A stretch of 64,000 nt of DNA, taken from NCBI RefSeq assembly GCF_032444005.1, contig NC_091282.1:218550001-218614000 (forward strand), written 5' to 3'. Within the stretch, counting starts at the first letter, position 1; each line of letters opens with the position of its first letter. Origin of the DNA: Ranitomeya imitator (lineage: Eukaryota). The position numbers and the translations under genes are program-made. This document shows positions 25,524 through 38,100 of this stretch, one piece after another. Below the pieces are notes generated by a model. It did no database searches and was not told the DNA's origin. It saw only the letters and a list, made by a program, of their open reading frames with translations.

Positions 25524-25718
25524 ATAAGAATAAAAAAGGAAAACAGCACAAAGTAATGAAAAAAAAGGGCTTTAATGCCTGAACGACGTGGCAACGTTTC
25601 GGATATGGTATCCTTTTTTTGGCTTGAAAAAGGATACCATATCCGAAACGTAGCCACGCCATTCAGGCATTAAAGCCCATTTTTTTTCATTTCTTTGTGC
25701 TGTTTTCCTTTTTTATTC

Positions 25719-25721
<3 letters not shown>
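25524..25721. repeat. Penelope-type palindrome D with a hammerhead variant at 25620-25656
   Basis: Near-perfect arms (ataagaataaaaaaggaaaacagcacaaag... / ...ctttgtgctgttttcctttttattcttat). Central acgtttcggatatggtatcc / ggataccatatccgaaacgt. Confidence 0.8.
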
Positions 25722-25785
<64 letters not shown>

Positions 25786-25790
25786 ACTAT

Positions 25791-25952
25791 CTGCCTTGTA
25801 GATTGTAAGCTTATGAGCAGGGCTCCCATTCCTAATGTATCTGTTTAAACTGTCTTACCTTGTATTGAATTTATTGTCTGTATATGTACCCATATATTTG
25901 TAATGGGCTGCGGAATATGTTGGTGCTATATAAAATAAAATTATTATTATTA
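25791..25952 (+). mobile_element. L2-type 3' end fragment
   Basis: cttgtagattgtaagc...gctgcggaatatgttggtgctatataaaataaaattattattatt, similar to the tails of the longer L2 copies. Confidence 0.7.
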
Positions 25953-26133
25953 TCTATCTAATATCCATCTGGGAGTCCAATAGATGATGCTACTTAGTGA
26001 GTGACAGTCTTTCCTGTATGGGTGTGCAGATAGAAATATCTGTTAAGCACTAAGGTGGTACAATAGAAATACTGCACTGTACTGTATTATTTCCACCAAT
26101 ACAATATAACATGATGCTTTAAAATTTAAAGAG

Positions 26134-26283
26134 CAGCATAGCGGTTCACTGGTTAGCATTGAGGCCTTGATTTTAAGTCCAAAAAGATGGTTTGGAGGCA
26201 GAGCCAGACTTGATTGCATACGATAATGTCGGTTAAGCGCTGTGGAATTAATGGCGCTATATAAGTGAGTAAAATAAATAAAT
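26134..26283 (+). mobile_element. Degenerate tRNA-headed SINE with an L2-like tail
   Basis: A-box-like tagcggttcactggttagc. Tail taagcgctgtggaattaatggcgctatataag...aaataaataaata. No clear B box. Confidence 0.5.
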
Positions 26284-26763
26284 ACTTTAACAGTACATTA
26301 CATGAAATGATGTTTACATAGAAATCACTCATGGTCAGCACTAGTCTTTGATACCAGCTGCAATCAAACTGCAGTCAAAGTTCTAGAGGTCTATTTACCA
26401 TGTCTCTTTGGTACCGTGGTGCTCGGTAATATACAAACAAGTTCAAATCAAATTAAGAACATCGCTCAGCACTCCCTAAAACCTGATAGATATCCTTCAT
26501 TTCATCTCTCGATGTAAAAAGTCAAAATATCCCAAGAAGACAAGCAGAATTTGGCCTATGGTTGTTTTGCATTCTCCGATGCATTATAAAGGCCCTCAGT
26601 TTAGTGAGCATCTCTAAGCTTGAATCCTCTAGTGTAACATGACTCTCAATACAATATCAATGTAACAATTACAAAACATTAAAGATAGTATTTACAAATA
26701 TTAATATCTATATGGGCAAATCAAACACTACCAGGCAGAGTTCACCCATGATACTAATTAGAT

Positions 26764-27150
26764 AGTTACATATTTACATATAGTTACATAGTTAGCAAGG
26801 CCGAAAAAAGACATTTGTCCATCCAGTTCAGCATATATTCCATCAGAATAAATCTCCAGATCTAAATCCTTCTAAAGAACCTTATAACTGTAAGATACAA
26901 TATTGTTATGCTCCAGGAAGACATCCAGGCCTCTCATGAACCCCTGGACTGAGTTCACCATCACCACCTGCTCAGGCAAGCAATTCCAGATTCTCACTGC
27001 CCTAACAGTAAAGAATCCTCTTCTATGTTGGTGGAAAAACCTACTCTCCTCCAGACGCAGAGAATGCCCCCTTGTGCCCGTCACTTTCTTTGGTATAAAC
27101 AGATCCTCGGAGAGATATTTGTATTGTCCCCTTATATACTTATATAAGGT
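26764..27150 (-). mobile_element. Short CR1 3' fragment, same family as 20233-21684
   Basis: LITLYKYIRGQYKYLSEDLF...VRAVRIWNCLP and a tagttacatag tail. Confidence 0.92.
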
Positions 27151-27185
27151 TATTAAATATTTGGTGGGGGATTGGTGAAAGTTAT

Positions 27186-27537
27186 TGTGACGCTGACTCA
27201 CGTCTCACAGACACTACATGAGACAAGGAAATCAAGGCGTCTGAGGTCAAATACCAGGAGAGCACATCAAAGGCAAAGGGGCAATACAAACGAATGGTCA
27301 AAAGGCAGAGTCTGAGGTCATGCAACAAAGATCTGAGTAGCTGAACACAGAGCACAAGACACACACACATCATTGAGCAAAACTACAACTGGCAATTGTC
27401 TGACCATTGTCAGTCAGCTAAATAGCCAGGTAATCACACAGAACTGGACAGACACCTGGGGCAAACTCAGCGAGACCAGCAGATTTGGCAACTGGGTATT
27501 TGCTCACCATATCGACAGCACGGTAAATCCTTAACTC
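27186..27537. mobile_element. Old solo-LTR-like repeat (related copy at about 48960-49450)
   Basis: Starts TGTGACG. Shares gtctgaggtcaaat.ccagga, aaaggcaaa.gggg, caacaaagatc and agccaggtaatcac with 48960-49450. Confidence 0.5.
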
Positions 27538-27753
27538 TGACTTGACTCCAATTTATATAATTTATACAGTTATTTTCTGTATTTTATTTTTGATATTCTA
27601 TCTCTCAATGTTAAACATAACCTACACTTAAAATTATAGACTGTTCATGTCTTTGTCAATAGGCAAACTTAAAAAATCATCAAGTGTTCAAATAATTATT
27701 TCCTTCACTGTATATCAAACAAATGTTCAGATAATACTATAAATATTGTAGCA

Positions 27754-29284
27754 CTAGATGGTGGCCCGATTCTAACACATCGGGTATTCTAGAATATGTA
27801 TGTAGTTTATTTATGAAGTTTTCAGAAAAATTCAATTCATACAAAGGATTCGACCGGTCGTGACCAATAAATGAAGCGTGATTCAATTTCCGCGCCAATT
27901 CGCGGGCGGGCAGCGACTGTCACTGGTTGTTCGTGGCTGAGCGTGACCAATCAGTGAAGCCAGGGCCGGCTCCGGGTTTTTGAGGGCCCCGGGTGAAAGA
28001 TTCTCAGTGGGCCCCCCTCTTTAACACATACCACGATTCATGATGCACAGATACAGCAGAGAAATATAGCACAGCCCACGTAGCGTATAACACAGCCCAC
28101 ATAGTGTATAACACAGCCCATGTAGTATATAACATAGCCCATGAAGTACATAACACAGCCAAAGTATTATATAACACAGCCACGTAGTATATAGCACAGC
28201 CATGTAGTATATAGCACAGACACGTAGTATTTTGCCCAGCCACGTAGAATATTGCCCAGCCACGTAGTATATTGCCCAGCCACATAGTATATAGCACAGA
28301 CATGTAGTATATAGCACAAACACATAGTATATTGCCCAGCCACGTAATATATTGCACAGCCACATAGTATATTGCACAGCCACATAATATATTGCACAGC
28401 CACATAGTATATAGCACAGCCACGTAGTATATAGCACAGAGACATAGTATGTAACACTGCCCATGCAGTATATAACCCAGGCCACATAGTATAGAGCACA
28501 GCAATGTAGTATATTGCCCAGCTACGTAATATATATCACAGCCACATAGTATATACACAGCCCACATAGTATATAGCACAGAGATGTAATTTATAACACA
28601 GCCCACGCAGTATCTAACACAGCCCACATAGTATATAGCAATGTGGGCACCATATCCCTGTTAAAAAAAGAATTAAAATAAAAAATAGTTATATACTCAC
28701 CTTCCGTCTTCCCCCGGATCCAGCCCAGGCATTTAACGATGCTCCTCCCGACGCTCCGGTCCCAAGAGTGCATTGCGGTCTCGTGAGATGATGACATAGC
28801 AGTCTTGCGAGACCGCTATGTTATTATCTCTCGAGAACGCAATGCATGGACCGGACCGTCGCGAGGAGCGGGAAAGGCCTGGGCTGGATCCGGGGGCCAA
28901 CAGAAGGTGAGTATATAATGATTTTTTAATTTTTTTATTATTTTTAACATTAGATCTTTTTACTATTGATGCTGCGTAGGCAGCATCAATAGTAAAAAGT
29001 TGGTCACACAGGGTTAATAGCAGAGCTAATGGAGTGTGTTACACCGCGGCATAATACGGTCCGTTAACGCTGCCATTAACCCTGTGTGAGCGCTGACTGG
29101 AGGGGAGTATGGAGCGGGCACTGACGGCAGGGGAGTAGGGAGCGGCCATTTTGCGGCCGCACTGTGCCCATTGCTGATTGGCTGTGGCCATTTGACCGCG
29201 ACCAATCAGCGACTTGGGATTTCCGTGACAGACAGAAAGACAGACAGAAAGACGGAAGTGACCCATAGACAATTATATAGTAGA
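27754..29284 (-). mobile_element. Non-autonomous Helitron
   Basis: Minus strand A|TCTACTATATAATTG...hairpin cccgat-gtgttaga-atcggg...CTAG|T. No TSD, inserted at an AT dinucleotide. Confidence 0.85.
28035..28640. repeat. 20-bp minisatellite (GTAGTATATAGCACAGCCAC) inside the Helitron
   Basis: About 30 tandem variants seen directly. Confidence 0.95.
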
Positions 29285-29730
29285 TAGCTTGTAAGGACAT
29301 GGGTAAATCTCAGCTCTGCAACATCTTGATTAGATGCATCATCAGGATTTCTCTTGAAGCAGGAAGTAGCTTCATGGAGTGGCAGTCTACTGAAGGAGGT
29401 ACCATGGTCTTTCTCTGAATGGAGACAGCGCTAAGCTGTGAGAGCTGCAGAGCAGCATGTGGAAGTTCTAGCCTGTTTAGTGTGAACAGTGACTGCAGTT
29501 GAACACTTCTGTTTGGCACTGGAAGCTGCTGGATCTCAGGTTGATGGAGATACCACTACAGGTGGGATCATGCCTTTTCTGTGTATGAAGTCTGCTCCTG
29601 GAGAAAGCACTGTAATCTGTTTGGGTGAGTCCAGTGCCAGAGCTGTATATATAGAAAAAAGTTAAAGATAAGCACAATTACCGATGCAGAGCCTCACAGG
29701 TACATACCAGCATATTAGTCAAAAAAAGTT

Positions 29731-29822
29731 GAAGCTGCTTGAGAAAGGTCCACACCTGGGACCGAAACGTCGCCATATGGGCTAATAAATAGCACCTTAT
29801 AACTACATTATGGTGTGCTGCT
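29731..29822 (+). mobile_element. Penelope-type remnant, same family as palindrome C, with a hammerhead variant at 29737-29773
   Basis: TTGAGAA A GGTCC acacctg GGACC GAAA CGTC. The downstream gccatatgggctaataaatagcac matches the reverse complement of 25242-25265. Confidence 0.75.
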
Positions 29823-31030
29823 TCAATATATTCATATATTCATAAAACAGTTAAAACATATAATATTAGGATTACGTCAAAAAAGGATCCACAATAATTC
29901 AGCAACAGGAAAAGATGAGTAGAGGTCAATGAGAAGACTCTACTTGAGCTTACTCCATTTTAATTATGTTGATCCGGATGTAAGCAAACAGGACAGGATG
30001 TAAGCCAATGTATACATACTAATCCTTAGCCTAAGCTTGAACCTTTGGAGAAATAAAATAAAGATTTTGGAAACTATTAATGATTAATAATGGACAGATT
30101 ATATTATATGGAAGTAAACCTGCTTACTAGGCACAACAGAAGACAAATAGATTTTTGTCCCCAAGTTTCTTGTTACTCTGCTCAAATGTCTGCTGGAAGT
30201 TCTGCTAGGAGGCTATGGCACAAATTCTGTCACTTTGGAGGAACAAAATACTATTTGAGAAAAATGCCTGCAACTATGATGGGGATCAAACATTGGGGTC
30301 TGTCTAGTGCCGCTCTTACTCTGATATTCAGCATACATTCTATTTCTATAACACAGACGTGAACAAGGCATTGTTTACTTGATCATACATTAACATTTCC
30401 TGACATAATCTATTCTAATGATAATTTTGTATATAGACCAACTTTGTTACTAATAGCTGTTTAGCATGATATTATTATCAAGGAGATTTTATCTACTCAA
30501 GGAGATTTTAATTACAATTTTTTACAATAATGTAATAAAGTGTACAGCATCTTCCACTGATTCCAATAGAATGATTAGTTGCATAAAACCTTTGCATAAA
30601 ATGTTATCTGCAATCATAATAGAAGCAGCATAAGCAGGAGAAAAGTTACACAGATTTATGATGCACTGTGCAAATAAAACATTCTATTGTGGTACCGTAT
30701 TAGCCCCAAAAAATCGATGTATACCATTTATATCTAAAAAAAGACAACAGTATTCTAGGAATTATAAGAATGGTAAAGTCTTTGACAATAGAACTCAGTC
30801 TAACACCTGGATTTATTACTTATTACATGGTCACACTTCACATCACCTTCAGAATGACTCCATCTAACTAGGCCAACATTCCCACCACCTCTCCATTTGT
30901 AACATAAACCTTAATTTTATAACCTTGACTTATCTCTAGGAGGCATCACCTCATCCACCCCAATTAGAAATGTCTTGCTGTAACATCCCTTAAGTGTTGT
31001 GCTCTTGTCTCAGTAATTTATTTGTAAACC

Positions 31031-31100
31031 CAGCCTGATGAAGGAGCCTCTGTGCTCTGAAAGCTTGCAAATATAATTTTTCTGGTTAGCCAATAAACGT
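31031..31100 (+). mobile_element. Penelope-type remnant with a minimal hammerhead motif
   Basis: CTGATGA A GGAGC ctctgt GCTCT GAAA GCTT, followed by ttagccAATAAA. Confidence 0.65.
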
Positions 31101-31428
31101 ATCCCTCTTAGAATACTTTTGTCTTTTTTTGGTCATAAAGGTATTTATATTAACATAGATCAAGTAATTTCTAAGAACTTTTACTTTTTAGGCTTCAGTA
31201 AAGCATTGCTTGTTCGCATACTCTTTATTGAGTGTTCAATTGATTAAGTGGTCCAAACAAAGACCAGTAAATATATTTTCCCTCCATACAAATCAACACT
31301 CTTTTGGTTGCTGAAATCTACACTCAGGGATTAAGCATCAAACACATACTAGATGCCAGATATTCCCTTCCAATAGATATGCTTGGCATTTGTATCTATC
31401 TTTGCTTAAATCCCAAGAACTACTTTAA

Positions 31429-33155
31429 TCTTTTAATGACTGCCGATACGCCTTTTAATAGCGGCTGTTAAGGGTACTTATTCCTCAGCGCCATTTTTTT
31501 AACGGCACTGAGAAATAAGTGTATACTGCCATCCAGTGTCAGAAATTCTCTGGGTTCTCAGCTACCGGGGGAAGCCAAGACCCCAGAGAACATGATTCGG
31601 GTCAGTTTTTACCAACTCCAGTTTTGCGATCACTGTTGTTCACGGAATAACAGCGACCACAAAAAAGTCTGATTTCCTATTTAATTTCTCTCTCCTCTGA
31701 TGTGATCTAGCACAACAGAGGAAAGAGAAATAGGGTTGCCCGAGCCCCCCAGGTACCTCTGGTGTCCCTGGACCATCTTGCATCCCCCCCGGCCTTGTCC
31801 CCGGTCACCGGCATCTTCTTCCTAGAAGAAAAAGGCGGGTGCATGTGCAGTATGCCCATCAAGATCTGCTGTCCGGCACCCAGCAAGAATAGGACATTTT
31901 TCCTATTGGTTCATTTTGATCACTGTGATAGACTATGTCACAGAGATCAAAATAAAAAAATAGTAAATCAAACCCCTATTTATCACCCCCTTAGTTAGGT
32001 AAAAATAATAAAATAAAAAAATATATATTTCCATTTTTCCATTAGGGTTAGGGTTGGGGCTAGGGTTAGGGTTGGGGCTAGAGCTAGGGTTAGGGATGGG
32101 CTAGGGTTAGGGTTGGGCTAGGATTACGGTTGGGGCTAGAGCTAGGGTTAGGGATGGGCTAGGGTTGGGGCTAGAGTTAGGGTTGTGGTTATGGTTGGGA
32201 TTACGGCTACGGTTGAGATTAGGATTATGGGTGTGTAAGGGTTAGGGTTGTGGTTAGGGTTGGGATTATGGTTAGGGTGGGTTGGGGTTAGGTTTGCAGT
32301 TAGGATTGAGGGGTTTCCACTGTTTTAGTAATCAGGGGGTTTCCAAATGCGACATGGTGCCCACCATTGATTCCAGACAATTTTGCATTTAAAAAGTCAA
32401 ACAGTGGCTTTCCCCCACAAATGGGGTATCCGCGTACTCAGGCGAAATTGCTCAATAATTTTTATGGAAAATTCTCTTCTGATACCCTTGTGAATATAAA
32501 AAAATTTGGTTCCAATATAATTTTTTTGTGAAAAAAGTAAAATGTTCATTTTTTCCTTCTACATTGCTTTAGTTCTCGTGAATCACCTGAAGGGTTAATA
32601 AACTTTTTGAATGTGATTTTGTACACATTGTGGGGTGCAGTTTTTAGAATGGTGTCACTTTTGGGTATTTTCTGTTATATTAACCCCCAAACTCACTTCA
32701 AATGTGAGATGGTCCCTAAAAAAATGGTTTTGTAAATTTTGTTGGAAAAATCGCTGGTCAAATTTTAACCGTTATAACGTCCTAGCAAAAAAAAAAATGA
32801 TGCCTCCAAAATTGTGCTGATCTAAAGTTCACATGTGGGAAATGTTATTAAATGTTATTTATTAACTATTTTGTGTGACACCACTCTCTGATTTAAGAGT
32901 ACAAAAATTAAAAGTTTGAAAATTGCCAAATTTTCAACATTTTTGCAAAATTTCAGTTTTTTTCATAAATAAATGCAAGTTATATCTAAGAAATTTTTAC
33001 CAATAACATGACGAACAATATGTCATGAAAAACTAATCTCAGAATCAGTGTGATCTGTTGAAGCCTTCCAGAGCTATAACTTCATATAGTGACAGTGGTC
33101 AGAATTGCAAAAATTGGCTTGGTCATTAAGTACCAAATTGGCTCAGCCACTAAGG
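31429..33155. mobile_element. piggyBac-like non-autonomous element containing a telomere-like tract (32043-32305)
   Basis: TTAA at 31425-31428 and 33156-33159. Internal sequence homologous to 61165-63153. Confidence 0.75.
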
Positions 33156-33316
33156 TTAAATGAGTAACTTCTAAATTTTTCAATTTTGGCATATACAACC
33201 ATCTAGTACAAAGGGTTCAAAAAACATTTTGTAGAATTTCAGATAAAAAGCACAAGATAAAACAATTTACTTGTTTTAATAAACCATCCAGCAAACTTAC
33301 TCAGAGTTGTGGAATT

Positions 33317-33745
33317 ACAATTATTATTATTTATTTTTTTAAGCACCATTGATTCCATGATGATGAACAAGTGAAAAGGAGTTTACATACAAAGTAGAAA
33401 TATAGATTACAATTAATAAATTCACAATGACAAACTGGTAGATAAGAGAGAGGACATTGTCCTTGCAGTCTTAAAGTCTCCAGGGTACTGGGGAAGAAGA
33501 CAGTAAGTTAGGTGGTTGCCGCCAATTCCGCTGCAGTTGAGGTGGCAGCGGGGTCATTGCAGGCTGTACGCTTTTATGAAAAAATGGGATTTCAAGTTCC
33601 ATCTGAAGTAGTTGAAGGTGATGGATAATCAGACATATTGGATCAAGGAATTCCAGAGGAAGGGGGAAATTCGGAAAAAGTCTTAGAGGTGATTGGGTAA
33701 GGAATATAGGAACGAGTGTGGAGGAGAGAAATTGGTTTTGGGTAC
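33317..33745 (-). mobile_element. Old L2-type 3' fragment
   Basis: attattattattt...aagcaccattgattccatg tail and gagagaggacattgtccttgc, resembling 41747-42000. Confidence 0.6.
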
Positions 33746-34207
33746 GTGGTCACATGTAAAAAATATGATATTAGCATGTGGAACATTTACATGTCTCACA
33801 TGCACATAGCACATTTTTAGTATAAGACTTTTGACATGAAGTCATTGTGAGAAAAAATCCACAAGAATGCATGAACTAGTTTATGCTTAAATTTCATAAA
33901 AATGTTGCAGTCTCTAAAGACCACAGTGTTGAGTGAGGCTGTATGGGAATGGGAATTTCTAAATTCCCATTTACTCACATATAAGATTTGTGGTGAAAAC
34001 TTTCAATGAAAGAAAACACAGTAAACTGTTACATCTAAAGTAGATCTAAAACTGACCGTCAAATTGTCTATTGCGCAGACATATTCATGTGCCAAGAGCT
34101 TCTAAAACTGTAGAGCTGGCATTTTACTTTATCTACGTTTAAGTATAAATTTACTATTAAAATAAATGGTAGCATATTCTATTAAGAATATGTTTTAAAT
34201 TTATACT

Positions 34208-35177
34208 TGTTAGGTGTTGAGTTCCCACCTCTGCACAGGGGGAATCTCAAACCACCTCCGCTGTAGTCTCCCATTCTTCTCCAGCCGCAGTGGAGTCTGT
34301 TCAGCAGAGACGTCGGTCCCAGTGTCTAGCTCAGGCTGAAACTGGATGACTGGTTATTACTACCCTTCCAGGCTCTGTTGTCCTTGTAGCCAGCAATGTT
34401 CAGCAGCGAGCAGGTCTTTCTGGGACTAAGTCCAGCTTTTCCCTTTCTGAGCATGCCCACGGGACGACCTCCCATTGGAGGCCGGGGGTCACATGCTTAG
34501 ATACTGCAGCAAATCACATTGGTCCTCTAGGAAGGTCCTGAAGGTGTTTGTCTTCTGTGGCAGACTCAGATTGGTCCTTCTGGGAAGGTCCTGTACTTGC
34601 TGCAGCTGCAGCTATAAAAGGTTCGCATGGCCGCACAGCCATGCGCTAGTATACATTTGAAAACGTGTGTGTGTTGATGAGTGCAAGTCGTTCTTTAAAC
34701 ATCCCCTCCCTTGTGTATGACTGCTCATGAAAGGTGGATGTCTACTATCTAGCTATCAGCACAAAGCCACACGTAAACAGCGTCTAACTGTTGTGACCTT
34801 ACCCAAGTCTGGGTGGTTAGTGGCGTCCGCTAGTGTGGCACAGCACGCACTTCTGTGCATATTAGTTACCTCTGATAACCCAATTGTGGTGTTGATCGCA
34901 AGAGGTCTACACTAATTCTAATCCTGTGTCCTGGGACTGGGATAGAGTTCTGTGATTCCTTGCTTGCGCTCTCTGTGTGGTGCCGCGACCCTGTGACGTA
35001 ACAGGGTTTGCTTTCTTCATACAGGGTGAAGTAAACCCATGTATGTATCCTCATTTTACCGCCATATAGTCCGTCATTACTTAGCAGCAGGTTCCATCTC
35101 TGCACGGTGGACCCCGGGCTGCGAACGCACCTTATTCTATCTATTTAATTATTTGGTGCGTTCCGCTAGCCCTAACA
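34208..35177 (+). mobile_element. Solo LTR (970 bp)
   Basis: TGTTAG...CTAACA, perfect TSD ATACT, CTATAAAAGG at about 34612. Related to the 4175-10870 LTR. Confidence 0.9.
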
Positions 35178-38100
35178 ATACTTGAACTTTCATCAGTTAT
35201 ATTTTGTATATTGTTTTTAGAAACCCTTATAGCAAAATTATATCATAAAGCTAATATATAATATCCAACTAATTATTAGTATTTCAACTACCATTAAAAT
35301 ATTTTTTTTTATATTCTGAATTTATTTACAAAGCATTTCACCAAGTGGCAAAGTTAATGTTCACTAGATAAAGACATACATATTGGCTACTAGCATGAGT
35401 TACAATTACCACTAATGCGATTAATATAAGCGTGACATGTAATGAACCTCAATTACACATCATGTAAACACTGGAGAATTTCTTTCAAAAGGATCCTTAA
35501 ATGAAATGATTGCAGCCTTTAGAAAAGGCAGGATTTCCATTTGCAGTGTATTTCATTCCAAATGTAAATATAATATTCTTTGCAGATGGTTTGAATCGAG
35601 AATTTTCCAAGCATAAATATTCTACAATGTGAACATCTATTTCTTTTATGTGTTCATGCCAACTTCTACCAGACAGGCCATATTAAAACAATTCTCCAAT
35701 GTCTAGATTTCAATTAATGCTATACCAGTAACAGAACTTACTAGGTATAGGTATGATAAGGGTCAGAAGTAGCTGGCAATGAAAAAGGCAGTAAAATTAT
35801 CAGAAAATAACAGTCGCTTTCTCCACTAATGCCAGTACATTTAAAACAGCAAAACAGTTGTGAACAAAGTATTGAAATACTCTCTGTAGATTTTTCTAGA
35901 AGTGTAGCACATGATCAAATACATTTCAGCTCTCCTTCCTCTATGGCTCTACGCAACATGAAAGCAGTAACCTGAGAAATATTCATTGATGCGCTGTTCC
36001 AGCCACCTGACTCATCATCTCGTCCTACGATATCTGGAAAGCCTAGTTGTCAATTCAGCACCTGGCGCCAATCATCATCAGCCTGCTCTGGATCCAAGGG
36101 TGTCACAGCAGTTTATTTTCAGACTATTCCCTAGTACCCTCCCTTATGTTTGCCTCTTTTGAGTTCTACACTGTTAGGCTATTTCAACTTTTTTCTCTGC
36201 AAGTTGTGGTTGTGTATCCAGTCACTACACAGATCCCTCAACCCTGAGCCAGTCATTTTAATAGTTTCTTATCCTCTACAAAAGACAACATAAACTTATC
36301 ACACTCACCCATAAAGCTATACACAGTGTTACACCATCTTATATCTCCCCCATCATCTCTGTCTACTACTCTAGTAGTGTAAAGAATGTCCTAAAATATA
36401 TCTCTTTAGACAGGCCTTACACATCACCTCATCAATCTAAAGGTTCTCTGTTCTCCCTCCCTAAATTTTCCTCAGAATTTGGTCATTTCTAGCTGATGTT
36501 TGCACACCCTCCATGCGCTCAATAAAACTTTGTATCTGGACATATACAGATACTGGTGGACAACTGGTTCATGCAGCTTTGTATGAATACTTTAATTTAT
36601 TATAATGTTGGGCGGACCATACATGACCTGCTCTTCTTAACTTCTGTGTCTTACGTATCTCCTTATAGTTTGTAAGCAAGGTACTCACTCTTTTAACTTC
36701 TAATTGAGGAGTTATATACTAATCTGTAATGTCAGATTGTTACACATCTGTTCTAGATATAAAGGACTTTGCTTCTTTCTCCCTAGTCCGCTGCCCTCAG
36801 TTGAGCTTGAAGTCGGGTTTTGCAGGTTGCCTGGTGTGGCTCAATAACTTCATCTTCCTGATACTATTTAAGACCCATCAGGACACACCTGTGTCTTAGG
36901 ATTTAGACTGCAGAGTCCTATTTCAGTGTGCTCCACCATCTGTGTTTATTGTGTTTTAACTTCCATGCATCTCTATTGGATTCCACTTGATCAGTCCTAC
37001 TACTTCTGTGATTAATTTCTGTCCACATCCTCACGATTCTATGTGTCCAAGAGCAAGCTGCACCAATGCCCGGGGTCCGTGTGTCCACCAGGACCAGATG
37101 GTCAGTTGAATCACCTCACCAGGTGAGCCTTACAGAATCTAAAGCCCATGGATCCCAAAAGTGAAACTTGCTGCCAGACAATGTGAATTTGTTCAGGCTG
37201 TGCAAAACCTTTCAACCCACATGGATGCAATGCCTTAGACGGCTGTAGTTTTACCACCAGCCCCTCAACACCTGCCACAGCCTAAAATATTCTTGAAACA
37301 TTCAGCTTGGGAGACATGTCCACATTTGCCCATTCCTACATGTTTTCATGGCAATCGTAAGGCTAGCCGGGTTTTTGTGAACCAATCAACCATATACTTT
37401 GAGTTGTGTCCTCAGCAGTTTTTTTATGACCTATCCAAAGTGGCATATGTTTTTTCTTTAGTGTCTGGAGTTGCCCTGATGTGGGCTGAGCCATTGTGGG
37501 AGCGTGACGTTCCTATGATGCATTCTCCGTCATGATCCCTGACTGCACTATGTCAAGTGTTTGATGAACCAGGTCGCTTTAACACTGCAGCTGATTCCAT
37601 CTTGCTAAGGCAAGGGATTAACTCAGTGGAACATAATGCCATCCAGTTCAATACTTTGGATTGATTTGGCTTGAAACAATGATGCTCTCCTGGCTATTTT
37701 CTATGCCCACCTGTCCAGTCATGTCAAATATGAACTTATGGGTAGAGATATGCCTTCTTCACTTGCTGATTTAAGTTACCTTAACTACTCGTGCAGACAT
37801 ATGATCAAAGGAAAATACTTTGGATTCTCATGTCTCACTTTCAAGAGCATCTTTAAAATATCCCCCCAGACTGGCCACATGGAAACCTATGCAAATCAGT
37901 CAGAAGAGATTTCACTGGCTGAAACCCCCGTCGACTTTGACAAGGAGACTGTTTATATTGTAGTGAATGTGATTACTCTCACATAAATTGCTCCAAATTG
38001 AAGGTCAAACAGGGAAACTTCAGAAGCTAAGCAGGGAAGGGAGGTATTGCCATGGGTGTAACTTTATCTACCAATAAACATAAATTACTTTTGCCTATGT

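Larger units (their letters stand above)
25108..25790. repeat. (TCTA)n microsatellite blocks at about 25108-25138, 25394-25440 and 25719-25790 (also 24655-24667)
   Basis: Seen directly; the blocks separate the palindromes. Confidence 0.95.

Noticed and set aside
28004-28627. Several long C/Y/V-rich ORFs
   Set aside because: Translations of the 20-bp Helitron minisatellite.
32043-32305. True telomere or chromosome-fusion scar
   Set aside because: Repeats are degenerate, single-orientation and embedded at the same position in two copies of a transposon.
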